Shown here one piece after another: positions 26,796 to 35,586 of a DNA stretch of 39,676 bases (its first letter is position 1; each line of letters begins with the position of its first letter). The translations under genes were made by a program, and so were the position numbers. The DNA is from Candidatus Nomurabacteria bacterium (lineage in GTDB: Bacteria; Patescibacteriota; Minisyncoccia; Phycocordibacterales; UBA9973). Location of the stretch: positions 1 to 39,676 of the forward strand of contig JAHFNH010000006.1 in assembly GCA_023267435.1 (NCBI GenBank), written 5' to 3'. The notes below the pieces were generated by a model, which worked only from the letters and a program-made list of their open reading frames with translations, was not told the DNA's origin and did not search any database.

Positions 26796-27317
26796 ATGGC
26801 AACAAATTTCAGTACAAAAAGTGGTGGAAATATAAAAAGTAAAACAGAACTTAGGGGTAACGAATACGGCAAAGCAGAAAAGGGCGTGATTGTTTGCAGT
26901 GTTTGCCATAATGTTTATTTTAAAAAAGGATGGCACAAGGCTGGCAGTGAACCAATAACAGAAACCAAGCTTTCTGGTACAGGAGTTCATTTTGATTTAT
27001 GTCCTAGTTGTAAAATGAAAAAGGGTAATCTTTACGGAGGAAAAGTAACTATCAAAAATGTTCCAGCTCTAACTCGTGATGAATTATTTAATCTTGTTGC
27101 TGGTTTCGGAAGACGTGCTACAGATCGTAATCCTCAAGACAGAATTATGGATGTAAAAACTACAGGAGGGAATTTTGTGGTAACTACAAACAATGACCAA
27201 CTTGCTGCAAAACTTGGACGCAAGATACACGAGACTTTTAAAAAGACAGAAATAAAAACTTCTTTTACTTCTGAGCCTCAAGAGGTTAGTAATGTAGAAA
27301 TAGTTTTTGCTAAATAA
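26796..27317 (+). CDS. Zinc-ribbon protein, BCAM0308/NMD3-like
   Basis: CSVCH.VY.KKGW, LCPSC, G.VTI, RNPQDRI, VTT..QLA.KLG..I...F. Confidence 0.7.
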   Translation: MATNFSTKSGGNIKSKTELRGNEYGKAEKGVIVCSVCHNVYFKKGWHKAGSEPITETKLSGTGVHFDLCPSCKMKKGNLYGGKVTIKNVPALTRDELFNLVAGFGRRATDRNPQDRIMDVKTTGGNFVVTTNNDQLAAKLGRKIHETFKKTEIKTSFTSEPQEVSNVEIVFAK

Positions 27318-27319
27318 AT

Positions 27320-27934
27320 TTGAATCTTTTTACTAAAAAAGAAGAAGCCTTGCTCAAGAAATTAAATACACCCACCAAGGTGCAGGACTTTTTAAATAGT
27401 CTGGAATTCAATTTTGAGCGGGATGGAAAAGATACTCTAAAATCACCAATTATGACCTTACGAGCAGGGAATGCGCATTGTATCGAAGGTGCAATTTTAG
27501 GGGCGTATATTCTCTCATTACACGGTTTTAAACCTCTTATAATGCATTTAGAGACCATTAAAGACAGGGATTTTGACCATGTTGTAGTTCCTTTCCAGCA
27601 AGATGGACTTTGGGGTGCATTATCGAAAACAAACCACGCAGTATTGCGTTATCGCGAGCCAGTGTATAAAAATATCCGTGAACTTGTGATGTCGTATTTT
27701 CATGAATACTTTTTAGATAATGGTACGAAAACCTTGCGCAGATATTCTCGTCCGCTTAATTTAAATGTTTTTGAAAAAAAATGGTTTCAAGAAGATGGCG
27801 ACTTGTGGGGGATAGATGAAGAACTCGATAAGATAAAGCACTACGATATAGCACCAAAAAGTGTTTTTAAAAAAATGCGCAAAGCAGACAAAATAGAAAT
27901 AGAAGCCGGTAAGATTTCAGAATATAAAATATAA
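27320..27934 (+). CDS. Transglutaminase-like protein (TTG start)
   Basis: LNTP.KVQDFL, AHCIEGA, DHVV, WGALSKTNH.VLRYREPVY. Confidence 0.75.
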   Translation: MNLFTKKEEALLKKLNTPTKVQDFLNSLEFNFERDGKDTLKSPIMTLRAGNAHCIEGAILGAYILSLHGFKPLIMHLETIKDRDFDHVVVPFQQDGLWGALSKTNHAVLRYREPVYKNIRELVMSYFHEYFLDNGTKTLRRYSRPLNLNVFEKKWFQEDGDLWGIDEELDKIKHYDIAPKSVFKKMRKADKIEIEAGKISEYKI

Positions 27935-27962
27935 ACCACATAGGATAATCCTATGTGGTGTT
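27934..27962 (+). terminator. Probable terminator hairpin
   Basis: ACCACATAGGAT-A-ATCCTATGTGGT. Confidence 0.6.
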
Positions 27963-28039
27963 GTGTACTTTTTATATAATATGGAGGGTAGTCCTTGATG
28001 TTTTATTAAAAAACATACGGAGGGGAACCCTTCGTATGT

Positions 28040-28069
28040 TTGACAAATGACTATATTTTGTGCTACTAT
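28040..28069 (+). promoter_or_regulatory. Sigma70-type promoter
   Basis: TTGACA-18 nt-TACTAT with extended TG. Confidence 0.6.
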
Positions 28070-28141
28070 TTTTAGTAGGTAAAGAAACCGATTCCTTATA
28101 TCGGCTCAGCATGTAATTCGTAAACTTAATACTTAAGCAAA

Positions 28142-28846
28142 ATGGCAAAAGCTGCAACAAGCGGTCAGGCCCGCGCTTTTAATGCGATGACAGTGTCTCG
28201 TATTGATGAGGAAGCCTTGAAACAAATTGATGGTGAAAAACTTCAAAAAATCATCGATAAACCGGAAGAATTTATACCAAACTTTATTGCTTGGATAAAT
28301 AACGGATGTAAAATATCAAACCAAAATACTGTACAAACCTTAAAAAATCTAGCATTCATTTGTGAGATTTTAATAAGAGATTTTTCAGAATTCGTGGTTT
28401 GGGATAGATTCCAACCAAGAGCTGAAGATAAAGTTAGTATCTCACTACGCTTTGGAGGCAATTTTATAAATTGGATTCTAAACCCAATGAAAATGAAAAA
28501 AGTATCGCTTGTAAATGGTTTAAAACTGAAGAAATTTAGTTTGTTAAAATCAATGAATGATACTGAAATCCAAAATGAGTTACAAAATCCAAAACCAATA
28601 GATGTGGAAATATTTTTACCACTGATATGGGCAATGATGCTTTCACAGAAGAACGGTGAAGTAAAAGAAAATGGATTACTTAATAATGGATATGCAAATA
28701 TTTTTCATGTGAAATTGGATGACAATCGTGTTGTTGCTGTGAGCGTGTTCTGGCACACTTCCGGGTGGCGTTTGGGCGCAGATGGGTTTGACTATCTCGG
28801 TCGTTTTGAAGTTGGCGGTGCGTTCTTTACTCCCGCTACTGCGTAA
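28142..28846 (+). CDS. Hypothetical protein (234 aa)
   Basis: ORF with its own promoter and terminator. C-terminal 'GLLNNGYANIFHV...VAVSVFW..GWRL'. Confidence 0.7.
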   Translation: MAKAATSGQARAFNAMTVSRIDEEALKQIDGEKLQKIIDKPEEFIPNFIAWINNGCKISNQNTVQTLKNLAFICEILIRDFSEFVVWDRFQPRAEDKVSISLRFGGNFINWILNPMKMKKVSLVNGLKLKKFSLLKSMNDTEIQNELQNPKPIDVEIFLPLIWAMMLSQKNGEVKENGLLNNGYANIFHVKLDDNRVVAVSVFWHTSGWRLGADGFDYLGRFEVGGAFFTPATA

Positions 28847-28868
28847 ATTGTGTAGCTTAAAATTATTT

Positions 28869-28906
28869 AGACCCTTCGTATCTTTTGATACTTTGGGTCT
28901 TTTTTT
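28869..28906 (+). terminator. Intrinsic terminator
   Basis: AGACCC-TTC-GTATC-TTTT-GATAC-TTT-GGGTCT followed by a T tract. Confidence 0.6.
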
Positions 28907-28926
28907 ATGTTAAAATAAAACTATAA

Positions 28927-29541
28927 ATGAACAAGCCATCTAAAGGAATAATAATTGCACAGATCTTTTTAATCTTTATATTGCCCGTGGCACTGCTTTA
29001 TTTTAAGATTTTATCTTATGACTGGAGGATGGTTTTGTTGTTGATTGACTCTTTAGTTATTTATGGAATCATTCGGCATGAAAATTGGACTTATGAAGAT
29101 CTGGGTTTGCATCATCACAATATTAAAAAGGCTTTGCCGTTTTACGCATTCTTCACTGTTTTAGGTCTTATTGCTCTTTTTGTGATTGATCATAGGGTGA
29201 ATATGCCGGATGTTGAAACAAGGATTTTTTTTATAAAAACTTTCGCTTTTTTCATACCGATTTCTTTCTTTCAAGAATTTGCTTTCAGAGCTTTTCTCAT
29301 ACCCAGGCTGAGAGAAATTTCTAAAAATAATTATATAATAATTTTTTCAAATGCAGTTTTATTTACTCTCATTCATATAATATATCCTTATCTGGGAATC
29401 AGCTTGCCGATCGCTTTCGTGTCCGGTATTTTCTTCGCTTGGCTTTATGTAAAGTATCCAAATTTATTACTCATATCAATATCGCACATGATTTTAAATG
29501 TAACTGCGTTACTGCTCGGCTTCTTTTATATAGCTAATTGA
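28927..29541 (+). CDS. CPBP (CAAX/Abi) family intramembrane metalloprotease-like protein
   Basis: QEFAFRAFL (QE instead of EE), FTLIH, HMILN motifs. Confidence 0.82.
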   Translation: MNKPSKGIIIAQIFLIFILPVALLYFKILSYDWRMVLLLIDSLVIYGIIRHENWTYEDLGLHHHNIKKALPFYAFFTVLGLIALFVIDHRVNMPDVETRIFFIKTFAFFIPISFFQEFAFRAFLIPRLREISKNNYIIIFSNAVLFTLIHIIYPYLGISLPIAFVSGIFFAWLYVKYPNLLLISISHMILNVTALLLGFFYIAN

Positions 29542-29617
29542 AAATAGTAGGAACCTGCTATAATATTAGTATTACTAATTAATTTTCCTGCCCAGCAGGA
29601 TTTAAAATTTAAAAATT

Positions 29618-30004
29618 ATGATTTATTTATTTGTTTTAGGACGCATTTTGTTTGGAGGTTTTTTCTTAATGAGCGGATATAGTCATATGAAGAATATGAA
29701 AATGATGTCAGGCTATGCAGGCTCGAAAGGAGTGCCAATGCCTACCGCAGCAATATTTGTTACCGGACTGCTACTTCTTTTAGGCGGAGCGGGAGTGATT
29801 TTAGGGGTTTATGTTAAATTTGCTCTTCTTTGTCTTGCACTTTTCTTAATTAGTGTAACATTTAAAATGCATGATTATTGGAATGTTCAGGATCCAATGC
29901 AGAAAATGACTCAAGAGTTAAATTTCAAGAAAAATTTAGCACTTCTTGGAGCGGTATTTATGGCCTTAATGATTCCATTACCTTGGGCTGTAACATTGTT
30001 TTAG
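29618..30004 (+). CDS. DoxX family membrane protein
   Basis: GRILFGGFF..SG..H, GVPMP, MHDYW, FKKNLALLG. Confidence 0.88.
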   Translation: MIYLFVLGRILFGGFFLMSGYSHMKNMKMMSGYAGSKGVPMPTAAIFVTGLLLLLGGAGVILGVYVKFALLCLALFLISVTFKMHDYWNVQDPMQKMTQELNFKKNLALLGAVFMALMIPLPWAVTLF

Positions 30005-30011
30005 TCTCTTT

Positions 30012-30052
30012 AAAATAAAAACACGAAAGCAAAGCTTTCGTGTTTTTATTTT
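30012..30052. terminator. Bidirectional terminator between convergent genes
   Basis: AAAATAAAAACACGAAAGC-AAA-GCTTTCGTGTTTTTATTTT. Confidence 0.8.
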
Positions 30053-31200
30053 ACGTCTTTTAGTCGAAGTGTTATTAAAAATCCGCAAAACATAACAGCA
30101 CCTAAAATAAAAAATAAATATTCAAAAGATGGTATTAAAAAAAGAATCGGCACGGCTAGAAGGGGAGCTATGATATAAGAAAGAGGATAGGTATTTCTAA
30201 AAAAACTGATAGCATCTGCTCTTTCAGAGTTCACAACTTTAAAGAAATAACTTTCAGACATAACTTCTATTATGGCAGCTCCGACACGAGTGCCAAAAAG
30301 GATTATTGCCCAAAGTATTAAGTCTGCTCCTTTTATGAAAGGAATCATTAAGGCGAAAAATGCAGTTATTAGAAATCCGGACAAGAGCATTTTTTTCTCG
30401 CCGATTTTATCCGACAATTTACCGAGAGGGAATTCTAAAATAACGAAAGGTAATAACATGATAGTGAAAATTAAACCTATTTTATCCCAAGTGAAGCCTA
30501 TATGTTCGTGCAAAAAGATCGGGGTGTAAATAACCATCCAAGCGAAGAAAAACTTCAATATAAAATTTATAAAATATATTCTAGAAATATTTTTATCTTG
30601 GCGGAAAAATGACAGAGTTTTTAATACAGGAACTTTTTTATATACAGGATCCTTGAAATCTTTCAAGAACATAATAAATATTCCTGCTACTAACGCCATA
30701 AACACTGCGGCAAAAACATATATTCCTTTGTAAGAACTTTTATCTATGATGGTACCAGAAACCATTTGGGCGACAACCCAAGCTGAATTTGCGACGACTA
30801 AAAAAAGCCCGCGAAGCTTGCCAATATTTTTATCTTTAGAAAATTCTTCAACAAAAATATCTAAAGTTGCAATAATGAAATTACCTGAAGCGAAGTAGGC
30901 GATAAATGCCAAAATAACTGGAATTTTCTGGTTGAGAACACTAAGCGCAAGAAGTGATACTAGGCAGATTAAACTGAATATCAGAGTGGCATAGCGGTTG
31001 CCGGTACGTCGAAGAAGCCTGGGCATTTCCAGGAGGCCGATTATTGTCACAATAGAAGCTAGAACATAAACTAGTCCGACATAATTTTCACTGACATAAG
31101 ACTGCAAGAAGCTCGAATTGACGTATGAAGTCAAAGCCAAGTGGATGGAAAATAAGAACCCAGCTAGATATACTATTTTTCTGTCATTTTTAAGGGTCAT
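30046..31200 (-). CDS. MFS transporter
   Basis: About 12 TMs; GKLSDKIGEK motif A. Confidence 0.88.
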   Translation of the reverse strand: MTLKNDRKIVYLAGFLFSIHLALTSYVNSSFLQSYVSENYVGLVYVLASIVTIIGLLEMPRLLRRTGNRYATLIFSLICLVSLLALSVLNQKIPVILAFIAYFASGNFIIATLDIFVEEFSKDKNIGKLRGLFLVVANSAWVVAQMVSGTIIDKSSYKGIYVFAAVFMALVAGIFIMFLKDFKDPVYKKVPVLKTLSFFRQDKNISRIYFINFILKFFFAWMVIYTPIFLHEHIGFTWDKIGLIFTIMLLPFVILEFPLGKLSDKIGEKKMLLSGFLITAFFALMIPFIKGADLILWAIILFGTRVGAAIIEVMSESYFFKVVNSERADAISFFRNTYPLSYIIAPLLAVPILFLIPSFEYLFFILGAVMFCGFLITLRLKDVK

Positions 31201-31212
31201 TTTTGAGTAATT

Positions 31213-33153
31213 TTAGACACTTAAAACAACTGGAATAACGAGAGGGCGCTTGGCTGTTTTTTGGTAAAGGAATTTTGAGACAGTTTCTCCGACATTGTTC
31301 TTAATGTAGTCAAAATCAACCGGATTCATATTAGCCGTAGAATCTTCTACGCTTTTTTTAATAATTATTCTGACTTGGCGCAAGAGCTCTTGGTTTTCTT
31401 TAAGATAAACGAATCCGCGAGAGATCAAATCAGGAGATTTTTTTAGCTTGCCGGTATTTTGGTCAACTAGTGCAATGATAACAAACATACCATCTTGAGC
31501 TAGCATTTGGCGGTCACGAATAACGACATCTTGCACATTACCGATAGCGAATCCTTCCACCATCATAGGTGCTGATGGAGCTTTTTCTTTTAAGACTACT
31601 ATTTTTTTTCCTTCATTTTGAATTTCAATGATTGAGCCGTTGTCTGGAACAATAATATTTTCTCCCGACATTCCCAAAGACATTGCAAGTTCTTTGTGTA
31701 ATACAAGCATGTAATGGTTTCCGTGAATTGGAATAAAGAATTTAGGATGAGTTTTTCGGTGCAACCATTTTATGTCTTCTTGGTTTCCATGACCTGTCGC
31801 ATGAATATATTCTTCACTTGTACGATAGCTGATTATTTTTACTCCTTGGCGGGAAAGATTATCTTTTAATCCTTGCACAGCCATTTCATTGCCGGGAACA
31901 ATAGATGCTGAAAGAATAATAGTATCTCCTTTTTGGAGACTAAATTTTGTATGTGTCTTGTTTGCGGCACGATTGAGTGCGGCGAATTCTTCTCCTTGAG
32001 CTCCAGTCATCAGTACTAAGATTTTATTGGGAGGATAATTATTGGCTTCTTCAACAGGAATAATCGTGCCTTTTTTTGGTTTAAAAATTCCAGCTTGTTC
32101 GCAGACTTCTAAGTTTGTTTTCATAGAGCGTCCTTCAAGAATAACTTTTTTCCCCAATGATTCAGCAATTTCAACAATTCTTACCAAGCGAGTGATGTGC
32201 GAAGCGAAAGCTGCGATGATGATTCTACCGCTTATTTTTTTTATTAAATTTTCCATTCCTTCATGCACTTTCACTTCTGCTAAAGCAAATCCTTCGTTTT
32301 CCACATTGGTAGAGTCAGTCATAAGGAGCAGAACATTTTCTTTATCAAAAAATGCATATTCTTTTTCTTCTTCTGCGCTTACTACGCCATCAATTTGGTC
32401 AAGTTTATAGTCACCCGGATTTATAATATCTCCGTACGGAGTTTCTATGACGACTCCGATAGAGTCGGGCACTGTATGAGTCACACCGAAAAATCTTATG
32501 CGAATTTTACCTGCATAAACTACGCTATCTTTTTCAATAATATTAACATTGAGAGGAGGTAGGTGAGTGAATTCAGCTTGACGCTTTTGCATCAATAGGA
32601 TTGTTAGGTTTCTGGAATAAACTGGTGGATTGCCTATACGTGACATCACAATAGGAACACCCCCGATATGGTCTAAGTGTCCATGAGTTATTATGACTGC
32701 GCGAATTTTTTCTTTTCTTTCTTCAAGATAAGTGGTATTTGGAATAATATAATCTATACCCGGAGTGTCTTCAGTCTTGAATTGCATACCAGCATCGATA
32801 ATGATGATATCATCTCCGATTTCAATGGCGGTCATATTTTTTCCAACTTCTTCAACTCCACCTAAAGGTATAATACGAATATTACCATTTTCAAGTTTAG
32901 GAATTTTTTCACCAGAGCTTCTTGAAGCTATTGATTTTCCATGACTAAGAACCGGAGTTGGTGTGTGTCGTTTTTTACCAAATTTAGAAAATTGAAAGGT
33001 AGAATTTTTAGGCTGGAATTTTTTATGCGGATTGTTCTGCGCAGGATGGTGCGGTGTTTTGTGTTCTATTTTATGTTCGACTTTGTGTTGTTCTTGTTTT
33101 TTATCTTCAATACTGACTGAGCTGAAAGATAGTCTTGTTTTTTTTCTTATCAT
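31213..33153 (-). CDS. rnj: Ribonuclease J
   Basis: IPLGGVEEVGKNM, THGHLDHIG, HTVPD, DSTN, TGAQGE, HATGH, FIPIHG. Confidence 0.96.
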   Translation of the reverse strand: MIRKKTRLSFSSVSIEDKKQEQHKVEHKIEHKTPHHPAQNNPHKKFQPKNSTFQFSKFGKKRHTPTPVLSHGKSIASRSSGEKIPKLENGNIRIIPLGGVEEVGKNMTAIEIGDDIIIIDAGMQFKTEDTPGIDYIIPNTTYLEERKEKIRAVIITHGHLDHIGGVPIVMSRIGNPPVYSRNLTILLMQKRQAEFTHLPPLNVNIIEKDSVVYAGKIRIRFFGVTHTVPDSIGVVIETPYGDIINPGDYKLDQIDGVVSAEEEKEYAFFDKENVLLLMTDSTNVENEGFALAEVKVHEGMENLIKKISGRIIIAAFASHITRLVRIVEIAESLGKKVILEGRSMKTNLEVCEQAGIFKPKKGTIIPVEEANNYPPNKILVLMTGAQGEEFAALNRAANKTHTKFSLQKGDTIILSASIVPGNEMAVQGLKDNLSRQGVKIISYRTSEEYIHATGHGNQEDIKWLHRKTHPKFFIPIHGNHYMLVLHKELAMSLGMSGENIIVPDNGSIIEIQNEGKKIVVLKEKAPSAPMMVEGFAIGNVQDVVIRDRQMLAQDGMFVIIALVDQNTGKLKKSPDLISRGFVYLKENQELLRQVRIIIKKSVEDSTANMNPVDFDYIKNNVGETVSKFLYQKTAKRPLVIPVVLSV

Positions 33154-33197
33154 TTTTTATTTTTACTTACTTTTAATTAGCTTATAATATTTTTAGA

Positions 33198-33214
33198 TTA
33201 GCCGATGAGGCTGA
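33198..33214. repeat. GCC-GATGA-GGC hairpin, same family as the rRNA spacer hairpins
   Basis: TTAGCC-GATGA-GGCTGA directly after the SBP stop codon. Confidence 0.7.
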
Positions 33215-34978
33215 TTATTTTGAAAATATTTTCCAAACGTTGTCTTTTTCTGTATACCACAAATATGAATTCAAGAAACGATCAGAAGGGGAGATGATGT
33301 GATCTATCGAAATACCTTCTAGATTGTTTGAAACGACGTATATAAAATCTGGACTGTAGATAAATACTGCCGGCATATCTTTTTTTATTTCATCTTCAAA
33401 AGCCGCATATTTTTTAACGCGATTTTTTTCATCAAGCGTTATTAGTGCATCTTCTAAAAGTTTGTCTACTTTAGTGTTGGTATACATTGCCACATTAAGT
33501 CCTGGATCTTTTCTTTGAGAAGAATGCCAGAAAGCAAAAAGATCTGATTCGTGGTTTATAATCTGCCCGAAAAGAAGCGAATCATATTTGCGCGGACGGA
33601 TGACTGTCTGATTTAGATTTCCTATTTCAAAAGTTTTTACGTCAACTTTTATACCGATACTTTCCAAATCTGTTTTTATTAGATCAGCAGTTTTAACAAG
33701 CTCCGGCGCATTACCAGTGGAGATTGAAAATTCTAAACTAGCTTTTGCTTTTGTGGTCTTACCTTTTTTCTTGGCAGTGGTTGTCTTTTCTAAGAATCCG
33801 TCTGCGCCTTTTGTCCAGCCGTCTTTTGCTAATATGCTTTGTGCTTTTTGTAGATTATCTTCGTGTGAAGTTTTATCTTCTACACTTAGTTTTTGATAGG
33901 CAATCATGTTTGGTGGAATAGGGTCGTTTATGACTACTCCATAACCCTTCAAAACTTCTGTGACGATCTTGTCTTTATCTATTGCTTGATTGATAGCTTC
34001 GATGACGTGTTTATCAGTGAATATTTGCGCTTGGTTCTGGTTGAAGAACAATCCAAATACGCGTGGCAAGACAGAGGATTCTATGCGATATCCTTTTTCT
34101 TTCAACATCTCTGCGTTTTCCGGAGTTATGGAACTCACTTGATTTACTTCTCCATTTTGCAGTGCTGATATAAGATCGTTTTCATTTGGATAAAATCTTA
34201 ATGTTATATTTTTAATATAAGGTTTGCCCAATATGAATTTTTTAAATAATGAAAGATTGTAATAATCGATTATTCCAGATGATTGCTTGCTGACATCAGA
34301 TACTTGGTAAGGCCCCGATCCGATTGGATTTATATTTGCGTCGTTCAATTCGACAGGGGAATCTTTCCACACATGTTCAGGCATGATACCGAGAGTCATA
34401 TTTTCCAAAAATGATGCATACTGCCTCTTTAAAGTGAACTTAATTGTTTTTGCATCTACTATTTCTACAGAGACGCCATCCCAATTTCCTTTAATCGGAC
34501 TTTTAATAAGAGGATCTTTAGCTTCGTTGATAGTGAATAAAATATCTTCAGCTGTGACGGGCTTTCCATCGTGGAAATATATTTTATTTTTCAAAGTGAA
34601 AGTGTAAGTGAGCCCGTCTTTTGAAACATCATAGCTTTCCGCTAAATCTGGAATGAGCGTGCCGTCAGGGTTTTTTCTCATAAGGCCGGAATAAATGAGC
34701 GATACTAGATCACGGTCAGCGTCGGATAATGCCAATAGTGGATTTACGAAACGGGGAGTACCCACGATACCTTCGGAGATAGCTCCGCCTTGCATTGGCA
34801 CTTCTGTCATGAATGATTTATTTATTTTTTCTAATATTACTACTGTGCTGACAAAAAGAACAATTGTCAGACCAAGAAAAATAAACCATTCTTTTTTTGA
34901 AAAGTAGGAAAAGGTAGACCTTATTTCGTGTTTTTTAGGCAATTTAAAATTGCGTATGCGGCTATAGAAATTTTCCAT
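33215..34978 (-). CDS. Peptide ABC transporter substrate-binding protein (family 5), TM-anchored
   Basis: LIYSGL, PDLAESY, YTFTL, FHDGKPVTAEDILFT, PIGSGPY. Confidence 0.92.
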   Translation of the reverse strand: MENFYSRIRNFKLPKKHEIRSTFSYFSKKEWFIFLGLTIVLFVSTVVILEKINKSFMTEVPMQGGAISEGIVGTPRFVNPLLALSDADRDLVSLIYSGLMRKNPDGTLIPDLAESYDVSKDGLTYTFTLKNKIYFHDGKPVTAEDILFTINEAKDPLIKSPIKGNWDGVSVEIVDAKTIKFTLKRQYASFLENMTLGIMPEHVWKDSPVELNDANINPIGSGPYQVSDVSKQSSGIIDYYNLSLFKKFILGKPYIKNITLRFYPNENDLISALQNGEVNQVSSITPENAEMLKEKGYRIESSVLPRVFGLFFNQNQAQIFTDKHVIEAINQAIDKDKIVTEVLKGYGVVINDPIPPNMIAYQKLSVEDKTSHEDNLQKAQSILAKDGWTKGADGFLEKTTTAKKKGKTTKAKASLEFSISTGNAPELVKTADLIKTDLESIGIKVDVKTFEIGNLNQTVIRPRKYDSLLFGQIINHESDLFAFWHSSQRKDPGLNVAMYTNTKVDKLLEDALITLDEKNRVKKYAAFEDEIKKDMPAVFIYSPDFIYVVSNNLEGISIDHIISPSDRFLNSYLWYTEKDNVWKIFSK

Positions 34979-35016
34979 ATGTTATGTATGAATGAAAACG
35001 ATGCCCGTTGGCAGTT

Positions 35017-35262
35017 TTAGTAGTTGTTAGCTTTTATTATTATAGCTAGGAATGCAGACAACGCAAATAATATTCCAGAAACTATTGAAAGAATAAAAAG
35101 GAATTTTTCAAAACCTCGGCGAGTATGGTGGAAAGATCCGCCATCGCCCCCGCCCAAAGCGCCACCTACGCCTGCGCTGGATTGCTGGAATAAGATAGCT
35201 AATATGAGAACTATTGAAAGTATTACCTGCGCGTACGGCAGTATTTTGGCTACTAAATGCAT
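35017..35262 (-). CDS. secG: Preprotein translocase subunit SecG
   Basis: ILFQQSSAGVGGALGG..HTRRGFEKFL; two TMs. Confidence 0.92.
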   Translation of the reverse strand: MHLVAKILPYAQVILSIVLILAILFQQSSAGVGGALGGGDGGSFHHTRRGFEKFLFILSIVSGILFALSAFLAIIIKANNY

Positions 35263-35338
35263 GAGGCTATTATTGCATATATGAGGTTTAAATGCAAATA
35301 TCCTGCATTTTTAAGGGTAGAATTCCTAGGATAGGAGC

Positions 35339-35368
35339 TTGACAAATGGGTAGTGGTTGTGCTATACT
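35339..35368 (+). promoter_or_regulatory. Sigma70-type promoter
   Basis: TTGACA-18 nt-TATACT with extended TG. Confidence 0.65.
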
Positions 35369-35586
35369 TTCCCCAGTATTTGTACCTTGAAAATCTTCAT
35401 TTCTTAAGTCGGAAACAGCACTTTGGGCATCTCTATTTTATAGAGACGTCTAAAAAGCTGTTTCCGACCCTGATTAATTTTTGATTTTTCATGGGTTTGG
35501 TCTAGCGGACCGGTTCAATTGAACCGGTTCAATAAAAAATTGTAGATAACTAAATAAAATAATAATTTTTTAAAAACCAAAACAAA

